This document shows, in pieces, positions 12,635-24,521 of a stretch of DNA of 64,000 nt (positions within the stretch are counted from its first letter, which is position 1; each line of letters starts with the position of its first letter). Location: contig BCKZ01000020.1 of NCBI GenBank assembly GCA_001600815.1, positions 212,831 through 276,830 of the forward strand, given 5' to 3'. The notes below the pieces were generated by a model that was not told the origin of the DNA, did not search any database, and worked only from the letters and a program-made list of their open reading frames with translations. The translations under genes were made by a program, and so were the position numbers. This DNA is from Alloascoidea hylecoeti. Its lineage: Eukaryota.

Positions 12635-14341
12635 ATGAATCAGTTAACATTACCAGCATTACCAACAGAACTTCTTCATTCTATCGCAGTGGAATTAAGT
12701 CTACAGGATTTCAATAGTTTATTTCAAACGTCCCAATATTTGAATTATGTTCTGTTTTCAAATCAATTGGAATTGTATTTCAAAAACCTTATCACAGAAG
12801 AATGTCCTTTTTGCGACCCAGATAAGATAGAATTCTGGAAATTGTATGCCTCACAATACTATAAAATAAAACATACACTCAGGTCTATAGAGAAAAATGA
12901 GATTCAGCTGCAGAGTTCAAATCTAGATTCATCCGATCGATATTTGCACCCTAATTTTGGGAATATAATCGGCTTAATGAATATTTACACTTACAAAGAC
13001 AGAAGAACAGAAAACATGAATTGGTGGTCAGAAACTACCTTGTGTAGCAGCGTAAAACCCATGATATATCTATTAGATACAGTAGGTGAAAGGCTTATGG
13101 GCGAAAAGAATCTTCTAAGAAAGCAGGAGGAAGAGGACGGTTCTAAAGGAAAAAACTGGGGCTATTGTATTGCATTTGATAGTAGAGAGTGTGAGGGAAA
13201 GTTATCTGAATTAGCGCTTCGGCCACAAAATTTTATAGACCGCAAGCTATTGCACTTGGATAAAAATAATGTTGCCTGGAAGCGCACACATGATGTGAGT
13301 TGGAATTTCACTATTGATGAACATGAAGACAAAAAAAGCATTACACAAATTCAGTCGGTTTATGAACCTTCTAAGAAATGGAACTTGAATCCCACTATTG
13401 AAATTGGTAGCAACAATTGGCACGAATTCTTTCCAATATGTCAAGAATATGGTGACAAGCTCTATGTTTTCAGATATTGCCCATATAATAGAGCTTCCCT
13501 TATATGCTATAGTAACTATAGGCTTGCTCAAGACACAGATGAAAATATTGGAAATGTTGAATGGGAAACTGAGATGTTCTCATTTCAATTTGATAAATAC
13601 TTTTTATTTTTTGGGTGGTTCCATAAAATGATTATTCATTCCCATTATATTTTTACTCTGTTTCATAACTTTAATGGTGGAAAGCATTCCTATGTTTATG
13701 TTTTTGATAGAATAACAGGTGAACATGTGGGGATGTTTGATGGATTGGAAGCAGGATTTTATATTGAGGATATTTCGGTGACACAAGATAAAATATTTTT
13801 GACTACAACGGTTGGAAAGATAAGAAGGGGAGAAGGCGAACATTCGTCGGGCTCTTTGCAATGGAAACCACTAACTGCATTCATTTCACAGCTTAATTTA
13901 GAATACTATGGGTTATTCATTCCGAAAAAGGGCCCTTCATTTTCTCAAAATAAATCAACTCAAAAATCGATTGACCCTTGTACTGATAACCCAAAGACCA
14001 TCTCTAAATTAACACAAAAATTACTCAAATCAAAAGATGCTTATAGGGATGAATGGCATATACTTCATACTCAACAGTTTACGGAGAAATATCCGCTAAA
14101 TACAATAATAACCGAAGAAACTATGATTATCAACACATGGGATATTCCAACCACAATACCAAAGAATATTAAGGTTTTTAAACCTAGAAATATAACTATA
14201 ATGATTGATTTATTAACAGGGGATAAGAAATACTTTGATCAAGGTACAAACCCAGATGGTACGATCATTTTTGATGATAATATGAATGCGATGTTCTTGA
14301 CTCGGAAATATCTTGAGAATGTTGGCATAGGCTCCCGGTAA
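12635..14341 (+). CDS. F-box protein with an unrecognised, probably beta-rich C-terminal region
   Basis: 568 aa; the N-terminal LPALPTELLHSIAVELSLQDFNSLFQTSQYL fits the F-box consensus. Confidence 0.75.
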   Translation: MNQLTLPALPTELLHSIAVELSLQDFNSLFQTSQYLNYVLFSNQLELYFKNLITEECPFCDPDKIEFWKLYASQYYKIKHTLRSIEKNEIQLQSSNLDSSDRYLHPNFGNIIGLMNIYTYKDRRTENMNWWSETTLCSSVKPMIYLLDTVGERLMGEKNLLRKQEEEDGSKGKNWGYCIAFDSRECEGKLSELALRPQNFIDRKLLHLDKNNVAWKRTHDVSWNFTIDEHEDKKSITQIQSVYEPSKKWNLNPTIEIGSNNWHEFFPICQEYGDKLYVFRYCPYNRASLICYSNYRLAQDTDENIGNVEWETEMFSFQFDKYFLFFGWFHKMIIHSHYIFTLFHNFNGGKHSYVYVFDRITGEHVGMFDGLEAGFYIEDISVTQDKIFLTTTVGKIRRGEGEHSSGSLQWKPLTAFISQLNLEYYGLFIPKKGPSFSQNKSTQKSIDPCTDNPKTISKLTQKLLKSKDAYRDEWHILHTQQFTEKYPLNTIITEETMIINTWDIPTTIPKNIKVFKPRNITIMIDLLTGDKKYFDQGTNPDGTIIFDDNMNAMFLTRKYLENVGIGSR

Positions 14342-16706
14342 CCAAAGTTTAATATTGGTGTGTAATTAAAAATGAAACTTTTATGACTCTCTTACTTAGT
14401 TAAATATACAAGATACATTATATATGCTTAATTATGAAATGATGAAAATATAATTATGATGGATAAACATAGATCGTAAGTTTTTTCACCAATTGCTAGC
14501 TATATTTCCAAAATATAGTAGCGAAAATATTTGGAATTAATTAACGATTTTATTTTTAAGTATGGTAGGGGACAGTTAAAACTTAAAATGAAGAACATTT
14601 TTCTGTGTGAAATTTTGGACACCATAAAATATGCATGCAGTTGTACTAATTAAGATATATAGAAATATTTCAGCATACATATGCATTCACTTATCTAGAT
14701 GAAGTGCGCGTAATTGTGTGCAAATGTGACCTAATTCTTAACTAACCGGTTCGAAATCTGGAAGCCTACATAGTTAAGAAATATGGTAAAATAATTTGAC
14801 AGAGAAAATTAATTTGAAACAAGAAGATTTAGATTTGCCATTCATCAACCATCTGTCGTCTTTAATATATAATGGAAGTGATTTTGAAAATTTAAGTGAA
14901 CTCTAGCATCACACAAAACACATAAAATTAGATTATGTAAGATACTAAGATTGTATAACAAGTTGAAAACCTGTGTTTTGTGCCTGTGATTGTTATGATA
15001 TCGATGGTGGCATTTCAGCTATCATATTGGTCACATTTGATCATATAGAGCCATCGCACTACTTGGCGTTCTCTTTATATTCTCTCAGGGGGCCTATCAG
15101 CTTTGGTAGAATAAAAAAATCGCACTATTCATATCCATACCGCTATACTGTTATATAATCATATCCCCTCTATATCTTGTGATTAACATGAGGTACCAAT
15201 GAAAATAATTTCCAGATGGAGGCCATAAATTAATAGATGCTTTTTCCTAGGCTCAAAGAATTAGTTGGTATATCTATAAAGCACAAAAATTAGAATTACT
15301 GAGGAGACTCTGGTGGCGGATTAATTACAAAACCATACACAATCACTAGCTAATTTAGTTTAAAATATGGCCCATTATTTAGCCTGCATAGTGGCCTAAA
15401 TTAAGTGGATTTACTGCTAGTTTTTGATTTGGTGCCCGCGTTAACAATGATTTAGCAGAAGCGTCTAGAGTTGATTAGCGATCTAAACTGGGCAAAATAT
15501 CTGTAATTCAATTAGATCGCTGATTCTTCATGCTAGTCTCGATCCACTGAATAATTGTGGATGAAAGTAAAAAACTTCCGAGTCTCAGAATACTGGATAA
15601 ACCTAATTAATTCAAAAACCTTTCGGTTTCTTTCGAAAATATAACTATCGATATAACTATTGGTGAATGATCTTCTACCGCTAGCTTCTGAGTCAAGTCT
15701 AAAGTCGCGCCTTTTAAAGGCACCACTACAAAAAAATATCAATTTTATAACGTGTTTAACGTTAACTATAGCTAGTACTGAGTACTCTATTCTTAGTGCG
15801 AAAATTTTAGAAATTCTATTATGCTGTATAAAATGAGATTTTAAGTTTAGTGTTTAGTAGTGTAATAAACGGCTGCAGCTCTATGAAATTCTCCACCCAA
15901 ACACACTATATATATGTACGTATAAGCCTTATAGTGAAGTACCGCCTTTCGAAATTGCAGCCCATATCATGAGACTTACAAATCTAAACATCCAAGTTTA
16001 AGGTGAAGTATTATAAATTCTTTGAGGATCAAGTGCCTGGCCTGGCTCTAGTCGAGCATATACTTTTCTGAATTCGGATTCTGTAGCGCCTAAGCATTCG
16101 TCACTTAATACAACAACCTCAAACGTCCTGAGGTCACTCAGATCTGTCTTTGTGACATATCTTTCTGTGCCTTTGGATTTTCTCATTCAGAACAGGCCTT
16201 TTACGTGGTGAAAATGTTCGATATGCATGAATGTTCTTAAGGAGATATTTTGAGTTGCTTCCGAAAAAAAGTGCAACTTAGACTTCACTTTAGGGTATAG
16301 CTAGCGCTAGCTAAGATACACATTCATCCCTACAGTTGCAAGTTATGATTCAAAGGTTAAAAATAGATGATTTTACGAGTATAACTTAAGATGCTTTTCA
16401 ATTTGACTCCAATGAGTTATAACAGTACGATACTGCGCCCTATCAAAATCACAAGAGATATAGATATGGTAAGGTCTCAATGGAATTGAATAAATAAATA
16501 CAAACTGTAAAGTGAAACAAAACACTGGTAAAAAAACCGTTACTACTACGGTATTTTGAATCAATGTTGATGTTTTGTGCTTGAAACTTTATTTTTAACC
16601 TGAACACCACATTTAATTTGATAATCGATCGAGGTTCTTTTATTAACCTTAATACTAGAAAACATGGTTTATACCCGCCAGAGACAATGAAGCAAATATT
16701 CTATAA

Positions 16707-16750
16707 TGTAGAGTCACTGTAGAGTCATTGTAGAGTCATTGTAAAGATAC
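16707..16750. repeat. 11-bp tandem repeat (TGTAGAGTCAY x3 plus one degenerate copy)
   Basis: tgtagagtcac tgtagagtcat tgtagagtcat tgtaaagatac, read directly. Confidence 0.85.
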
Positions 16751-18246
16751 AGTATTGCTGATCTACTATGTATAAAAATTCCAAACGGTTCATCATCATT
16801 TGAAGGTAAGTTGAAGATAAATTCAAGATATAGCTTTAGATTTAGCTCGGCTATAATAGTGAAATAAGATAACGCCATACAGCACTAGCTAATAGCTATC
16901 TCCGGCGGGAATAGTAGATCCTTTTGTTTTTCAATAGACCGCATGGGTTCAATTATAACGGCTCGGCATTAGTCGTGGTAGCTATGCAGAGAAAAATGAT
17001 TGCGAATATTTTTGGTTCCAAATATTGTAAATTATAACCTATTATATAGTATAGGTATCATCGAATAATTTATAGATGACGACATTTCTATATAAATTTC
17101 AATCTTGCTGTTTGCTATTGGATGAGCATTTTACCCCTGAGGAAATGAAACTGGTGTAACTGGCCATGGAAGCTACCACCCCGGAGGCCTGGATATTTTT
17201 TTTTGGTATAGTATTGGTAACTACTAACGATATCGATATCAATATGAAATTTAAGCTAAATTCCGGACAACTTTGAATAATGAGCTTAAAAGCTAGGGGA
17301 AATTGACGATACTTTTTGTAAAAATACAAACCCCTAGAGGACTAGAAATTTACAATATATAGCTAAAAGACGGTAGTATATACTATATAGAGTATATGAT
17401 GATCTACAATAATCAATAACCAATAATCGATATTTATAAAATGTTTGGGGTTCGTTTTGACGCAGAAGCTATCGGAGTGAAAATTACCTAATATATGCAA
17501 TACAAAGTGTATAGATGCAGATCTAGAGTTTAGGCATTGAAGGATGAAACCACCCTTCATGGCCTCCATGGTCTAGCAGAGTCGGCCATATTGTCGGACG
17601 AATGCAAGCTTGGAATGGCAACTTCTACTTTCGGATATATTACTAAATGGTACAAGCCGCCAATGAGATGAACTCTCTCTTGTGCTATCTGTGTGTTTCC
17701 TACTGTTGATCTGGCATCTGTCAGGTGATGTGATATTTGTGACTGCTTACTTCCGGATTCGGCTAATCATCGCGGCATGCCGCAGCAGCTGACAGACAGC
17801 CTGATCGGCTGCAGCTGCAACTGCAGCGCGGACACAATCTGAAAACAGCGGACACAAACATCTTTATTGAGTCCTTGTCGCCAGGAGGGACCCCCGTGTC
17901 CACCCAAACAGAAGCCCTCATGGCCCACAGAATGTATAGCATCGTGTGAAAGCGTTCTTGTAACTGTGTAGGGCGAGAGAGATGTCGGAATGGGTGAGGA
18001 ATCGTAGTGTGAGCCAATCAGAACGTAGACTTTGCATATAGACTTTAAAGATTATACTAATTTGACTCCGAATCCTGATTCTTTCATACCGGTACCTCAT
18101 CTCATCTCGCTACTTCTACCCTCCACATTTTACCTTGCTCTTTCTCCAAAACACTTGGTCTCTCGTCCTGCTCTTGTTGCTCGTTGCTCCTTCCAGTCCC
18201 GACCACTGTCTCCTCCCCTACTTCCAGATCTGATCTACTAATTATC

Positions 18247-19329
18247 ATGGCTTCACCCCCACCTTCGCGTACACCCTCTTCCTGGGATACTAAGGACGAT
18301 ATCCTTCTTCGTCACTTGAAAGAACAGCAAAAGCTCGGCTGGAAACAAATCGCCGCTTACTTCAAGAACAGGACACCTAACGCTTGCCAGTTCAGATGGA
18401 GACGTCTTATGTCTGGATCTCTCAAGTCGTCTGACTCCACCTCTTCGATAGCTGCAACTGTGGCAGGATCAACTGCGTCAGGATCAGCGCACTCCCAGAC
18501 CATGGTTGGAACTGGATCATCCTCTCCTCGGTCGCCTTCCTCTAAACCTTCTGCTACTGTCCATCGACGAAGTACTATTTCCGGGAAATCCAGTAGGGTG
18601 CGACGGGCACGATCAGCATCTGGTCAATCTCCTACGGCCGTCTCACCTAGGCGTGTCATCTCTAATAACACCGGTAATGATTCTCAATCACTTCCTACAT
18701 CGGGATTAGCCCCTAAAATGAACTCTACGAATATTCAACTTCCTTCCAGTGCATCTCACTCACAACCCCAAGGGTTTGGCCGTTATGACTATAGCTTTCC
18801 AAATGTGATGGGCAATCGTTTAGGAGTCTCCCTCGGTCAGGCGCAGAGTCATGCATCCGGGTATTTTTGGTCGCAAGAAGAGGATGAGTTACTGATGACT
18901 CGTAACACACGCAATCTCTCATTTGATGAAGTTTCAATTATTTTGCCATCTAGAACTGAACAGGAAATTATGAATAGAATCGGGTATTTGGACTCCTTGA
19001 ATTCGGCTTCTATCAAACCAAGTCTTTCGAATCTGTGCTCAAATATCCACTCCCAAAGCCGAAAGGATAATGTATTTCCTTCTCTTTCGATGTCTGCCCC
19101 TGCTTCAACGTTTACTCTACCACAGTTTCCTTTACCAAAGTTGGGGACAGCTTTGAATGCATCATTCAGCTCTATATCATCCTCTAGTGACAACGATGGA
19201 GAATATCAATCTGGAATTACTAGTCCTACTTCGTCAGTCTCTTCGTTTTCAAGTAATGACTTGAAGAACAAGATTGTGACTTCTGAAGAAACGAAGATAA
19301 CGCCCTCGTTGCAAAATTTATTGGCTTGA
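18247..19329 (+). CDS. DOT6: Myb/SANT transcriptional repressor of ribosome-biogenesis genes (Dot6/Tod6 family)
   Basis: PSSWDTKDDILLRHLKEQQKLGWKQIAAYFKNRTPNACQFRWRRL closely matches the Dot6/Tod6 Myb domain; second Myb-like repeat WSQEEDELL. First ATG is at 18247; the ORF track starts at an upstream TTG. Confidence 0.88.
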   Translation: MASPPPSRTPSSWDTKDDILLRHLKEQQKLGWKQIAAYFKNRTPNACQFRWRRLMSGSLKSSDSTSSIAATVAGSTASGSAHSQTMVGTGSSSPRSPSSKPSATVHRRSTISGKSSRVRRARSASGQSPTAVSPRRVISNNTGNDSQSLPTSGLAPKMNSTNIQLPSSASHSQPQGFGRYDYSFPNVMGNRLGVSLGQAQSHASGYFWSQEEDELLMTRNTRNLSFDEVSIILPSRTEQEIMNRIGYLDSLNSASIKPSLSNLCSNIHSQSRKDNVFPSLSMSAPASTFTLPQFPLPKLGTALNASFSSISSSSDNDGEYQSGITSPTSSVSSFSSNDLKNKIVTSEETKITPSLQNLLA

Positions 19330-22300
19330 ACATACAATACTTCAATGATTTTTTTTGTTATTATCTCATAATACTACGCCCGACGATCATCATATTTGTA
19401 GTTATAATCTTTTTCCGTTTGATTTCCTCTCTTCCTTGCCAAAAAGAAATGAAGAAGGCTTAAAGAACCAGTTCACAGTCTGTATATTTCTTCCCCCTCC
19501 TTTTTTCTCCTTCTTTATCCTAATTTTTTTTTTTTCTTTTCGCGATACTGACTTAAAAAGTGAATATTTTAACAAGTGTATTTGATATATATATATGATA
19601 TGACTATGTGTGTGACAGTTTCGAATTAGTATATTATCATGGATTTGATATTACTAATCCTCTCTATCTCTTTCTCTCTCTTTTTGTTTTATAAATTGGT
19701 GCCATAACATTTATACCTCATCTAATGTTTTCTTTGTCGTCATTTACTTATTTAGCTGCTACATTGTGCTTCTTTAACTGATATTATTTATTTGGCTCAA
19801 AAATGGTCTATGTGTTTGAATATTTTAACTTCAATTCAGTTCAACTCAATCCATTTTATTGCAATTGTATTGATTTGAAGCTATCAGTCATTCCATTCTA
19901 TTATAACATTCTGTTTGATTTCCATTCACCGTCCTCCTTGTCATTATAAATGGTAATATTAATATTCCTGTATTATACAATGTATTAATATTAAATTGAT
20001 CTTTATCTATATATATTCGTGTCCTTTTCGTTTTAATGTTACCGTTATAAAAGTATAAATATTTTTTAACTTTTTCTTAAAGATGTTGAAATTTATTTCG
20101 TTTATACGTAAAAGTTAATAAATATATGTGTAATTTATTTTTTTTGATTCATCGATTCCCTTTTTTTTTGGGGTTTTCTATTGGTGTCATAGCGTTTTGA
20201 TTATTATATTACAAATTTATAACTATATTATTTTGGAAGATCTAGATGTCACTTTTGAATCCTGGTGAAATATATAGGATTTAATCCTCTCTCGACGGCC
20301 ACTTACGGGTAAATAACTTACTATCTATTACGAACACAATCTTATAATTAAGTTAAGGAATTTTATAATCTTAACATATCATATGCATCAATTAATTTCC
20401 ATTGAAAGTCAAAAAGTAGTCAATTTGAAATACGGAGATGTTTAAGAGAGAGCTGGAGTTATCCGTTTTATACAAATCCAGAGCCGCTTACAATTGAAAG
20501 AATTAGGTTTGATCTCATGAAGACTTAAATGAGAAACAGAATTGGGGAGGCACAAGAGTTATCAAAAGTATATAAAAGACTATTAATTTCATTTGAAAAT
20601 GAAATTCGCACCTTAAATTTAATTTTGATATTTTTGATTTAAAATAATGGCTTGTATCTTATATAAATACCAGTATCAAACACTTTCAACTTTATACCTA
20701 TCAATCATGAATCTTCCAAACAACGAATATGCAGATGTAGCTTGATGCATGACGAAATACGAAATACGAAATTTGCAAGCATTCCCAACAAGGATAAAAT
20801 TCCAGAGATTTTGGCAATATATCACGCAATATAAAATAACTTGGTTTGATGACTAATTAAAATGAAAATAAAATAAAAGATGAGATATGATTGTGCAATT
20901 TCAGGTGTGTCAGAGAGTATTTTAGTGTGTTCCAGTAGTAAATATTTCGCTAGTTAAATTTACTCTTTAATTATTGCGAGTTGTGAACTTATCCATTTCT
21001 CTGTAAATTCCATTATGGAAATATGCATATGCTTTTATCAATAATTTTAAACATCACTTATTGCAATTGTATATAAAGAAATAACTATATAAATCTATAT
21101 TGTTTGTAAAGATTAATTAAACAGGAGATAATTGTTTTATGGAAAACCTCTACTGGTCTTCATTGGAAGCATCATAAGTACCGGCATTATACTGTTTCCA
21201 TTTCCACTTAATCTCGGCCACTATTTGAACTAAATATCGGTCACTACATGGGTAAACATTTACTAAAAATGCAGAATATTTTATCGGCAACTTGATAAAT
21301 CTAATTCCAAGTGTAATATCAGTATGAGACAACATTCTATATTATATATAAACGTAAATGGTATGCTTTTCCTTTAATTTAACTGGTAAAATTACAGAGA
21401 AGAGAATTAAATTGAGATTTATAGTAAAACATTTCTACTTAATTTTGGTAAATTGTAGATAAATTGGTACAATAGAGATTATTAGCCCTTGCATAAAATC
21501 GAATAATTTCCGCGATTACTTATAATTAGTTATGATTTTTCACAAAATTTATGTATTTTTGCTAATTTTATATTATTCAGCTTTAGTCTATTTCAATAAT
21601 AATAAACAGATTCACGGCGTTACATTGCAGTAAACTCTTGATGGACTTACAAAACTGGTTGAATTTATGATCATACTATGATGATCCCTTCATCTAAACG
21701 TTAGCATAGTTATAAAATTTTCTAATTATCATAATCTTAAAATATATAGTTATAATGATATCGTTATAAAGCTTCATCAAATTGTTGTGGTTAATCATAT
21801 AAAAGAATTTATTGTAAAACAAAAAATTAAAAATTCCATTTCACATAAATTTACTGATTTATTTTTTTCTTTCAAATTAATAGCATTTAAAAAAGGACAT
21901 AGAGTTAAAAAAAACGTGTAATCAAATATATATAGGGCTGGTAATAATCATAACTACCTTCTCATCAAAAATTAAATAGCTACTTACTTACAATAGAGAT
22001 TAAAGCAATAATTGCATTTGACATTCAAGTAAAATATTTCTTCTAAGGAAAAATTAATAAGCAAGTGATCTTTTCTGGGGGCTATTCTCATATCATCTAT
22101 CTAGTAACGAATAATAATAATAAAAAAATAAAAAGAAGCTAGAATAATATTAATTTTCTCTTTTAAAAAAAAGGATAGAAAAAGAATAAAGACAAAATAA
22201 AGAAAAAAAGTAAAAAAGTAAAAGTAAAAAAGTAAAAAGTAGGTAACATAACGAAAAATTTCAAAGTCATAAACATAATGATGGTATGGTATAGTAATAT

Positions 22301-22363
22301 ACTTATACTGTATAAATTCAATATTTATTATTTTTTGTATCATAACGACGTAGTTGAAATTAA

Positions 22364-22399
22364 TTCAACTTCAACTTCAACTTCAACTTCAATTTCAAA
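22364..22399. repeat. (TTCAAC)n hexamer microsatellite downstream of PIN4
   Basis: Four perfect TTCAAC units followed by TTCAAT and TTCAAA. Confidence 0.85.
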
Positions 22400-22487
22400 T
22401 CATTCTCATGAGTTCAATTCAATTATTTATATTCTAAGAAGTAATCATTACCATTGACAATGTAAAATCATTGTCATTCACATTAAA

Positions 22488-24521
22488 CTAATTCACCAAG
22501 TAACGTAATGATGATGAACTTGGAGACTTAGACCCAACTTCTGTAGCACTAACACCCAATTCAGAACGGTCTCGACTTGAAGATCTTGAGGAGGGTTTTT
22601 GACCAAGATATGAGTATAAACTTGAAGTATTCGGTAATGTAGATGAATTAGTAGCCCAAATATCTTGCTTTTGGAAGTTTGGTGAGAGATTTGTATGTGA
22701 ATGTGATTGCAAAATAGAAATTCCTGGGGTTGGGGACGATTCGGTGCTACTTGTTCCATCTCCTGCCAATGGCAATGCTTGGTGAGGAATACCTAAAGAC
22801 AACCCATTGAAGGAATCAACAAGATCTGTTGGTTTAGAGTCGCCAGTGAGACTTGATACTGTATTTGCTGCATTAAAACTAATATCAGGGGTTGTTGAAC
22901 CAAATGGATCAAATGCTGATGATGTAGAAGAATCTCCAGCAAAAGGTAAATGATAGGAATTTACCGAAGCTAAAGACCTATTAGAATTTGAGTGACGGAT
23001 CAATAAAGAAGGACCGGAATTTCCTCCACTTGAGGCTAATCCAGAAGTTGTAACAGATGGACTGAGCCTCGCAATCCCCGCTCCCGGGGAATTATATGAA
23101 GGCACGTTAGGTGAGATCGAAGGCGATACCGAGCGATACATACTAAAATCAATTCCGCCTGAGCCTGCAACAGCAGAACTAAGACCATTTCCTGGGCTGT
23201 TTGTAGTAATCATGGGTTGAGTATTACCATTTCCACGCAGAATCGCAGAATTTGAAAGGGTTGTAGCAATTGCAGATGAATTAGGAATTCCTGTTGTTGA
23301 AGTTAAATTTAAGCCGGTTGAACTTGAAATTTGACTGAGATTTGTAGCACTTGCACTTGGTATTCTGCCAAAAGGGTGATTTTGAGGTGGTACCAAGTAA
23401 GAACCTACATTTGTACCAGGACGTTGTAATTGACTTATTGGCGCTCGTAAATTTGAATTTTGTCCTCCATTTGATAATGAAGATAATTGGACAGAACTTT
23501 GACTACGTTGAAGATCAAAACTATATCCAAGATTTGGCTGTTGTTGTTGCTGTTGCTGTTGTTGTTGCTGTTGTTGAATACCTTGGCCAAACGATCTACG
23601 AATAATAAACGATCCATTTTCGATACTTTCTTGTAATCCTAATTGCTGAGTTAATGCTGGCAAGGCTCTGCGTTGAAGGAGGGTTAGAGTGGCAAGAGGA
23701 TAAACAAGTTCCGGTTGAAGTCTATCATCACGGAATAGTAACATTTGAGAATATAACTCCAAAATTTCCGGGTTATTTAAATTTACACCTGATCCGGAAG
23801 CAATTCCCCCCATTCCACCACCTTGACCAAGCCCATTGATATTTCCAACTCCCAAAAATTGATTATTTTGGGGAGGGAACTGAGACTGTTGTCGACCAAT
23901 GAAATATTGCTGATAAGCATTGTTTGATATACCGGCAGGAGCCGAAGAAGTGGAAGCCAAACTAGCACTTGAATGATTGCGGTGCTGCTCCTCCAACTGG
24001 CCTCTTTTCTCTCTCTTTTCTCTTTCAATCCGTTCTCGTTCAGCCAAGGGCAACATCTTTTTATATTCAACTCTTAACTTTCTGCCACCAACCTCACGTC
24101 CATTCAAATTTTGTATGACTACTGCTGTTTCATCAGGGGTGGTAAAATTAGCAAAAGCCAGACCACGAAATACGCCATTATCAAAATGATAGTTGAAGGC
24201 ATAAGGGAACGGCAATCCCAATTCAGACATTACCTCCAGTAGTTGTTCTTTCTTAATGGCGAATGGGATATTTTTAATTACGATGGCGGTGGGGATTAGT
24301 TCGTCATCTTGAACGGAGCCGGCTACGCTTGGTGGATTAGAGGAATGCGAATAAGGATGGCCATGTCCTTGAGTATGGCGACCAGTTGAATGTCCCACCA
24401 TCTGAGAAGCCAACAAAGAAGAGGAAAAGACGCTCTGCTGCTGCGACAGCCATTTCTGCTGGCGATTATAATCCGGGTCGCTCGTGTTTGAGGACTCTCG
24501 ATGGTGTTTATAATTGTCCAT
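22488..24521 (-). CDS. PIN4: RRM RNA-binding protein Pin4/Mdt1 (Cip1/2-like) with polyQ and a low-complexity tail
   Basis: IPTAIVIKNIPFAIKKEQLL...PYAFNYHFDNGVFRGLAFANF...RKLRVEYKKMLP..ERERIEREKREKRGQLEEQHR is the Pin4 signature. Confidence 0.92.
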   Translation of the reverse strand: MDNYKHHRESSNTSDPDYNRQQKWLSQQQSVFSSSLLASQMVGHSTGRHTQGHGHPYSHSSNPPSVAGSVQDDELIPTAIVIKNIPFAIKKEQLLEVMSELGLPFPYAFNYHFDNGVFRGLAFANFTTPDETAVVIQNLNGREVGGRKLRVEYKKMLPLAERERIEREKREKRGQLEEQHRNHSSASLASTSSAPAGISNNAYQQYFIGRQQSQFPPQNNQFLGVGNINGLGQGGGMGGIASGSGVNLNNPEILELYSQMLLFRDDRLQPELVYPLATLTLLQRRALPALTQQLGLQESIENGSFIIRRSFGQGIQQQQQQQQQQQQQPNLGYSFDLQRSQSSVQLSSLSNGGQNSNLRAPISQLQRPGTNVGSYLVPPQNHPFGRIPSASATNLSQISSSTGLNLTSTTGIPNSSAIATTLSNSAILRGNGNTQPMITTNSPGNGLSSAVAGSGGIDFSMYRSVSPSISPNVPSYNSPGAGIARLSPSVTTSGLASSGGNSGPSLLIRHSNSNRSLASVNSYHLPFAGDSSTSSAFDPFGSTTPDISFNAANTVSSLTGDSKPTDLVDSFNGLSLGIPHQALPLAGDGTSSTESSPTPGISILQSHSHTNLSPNFQKQDIWATNSSTLPNTSSLYSYLGQKPSSRSSSRDRSELGVSATEVGSKSPSSSSLRYLVN

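Noticed and set aside
15998..16186. 62-aa ATG ORF with protein-like composition
   Set aside because: No recognisable motif, and the length is within the chance range.
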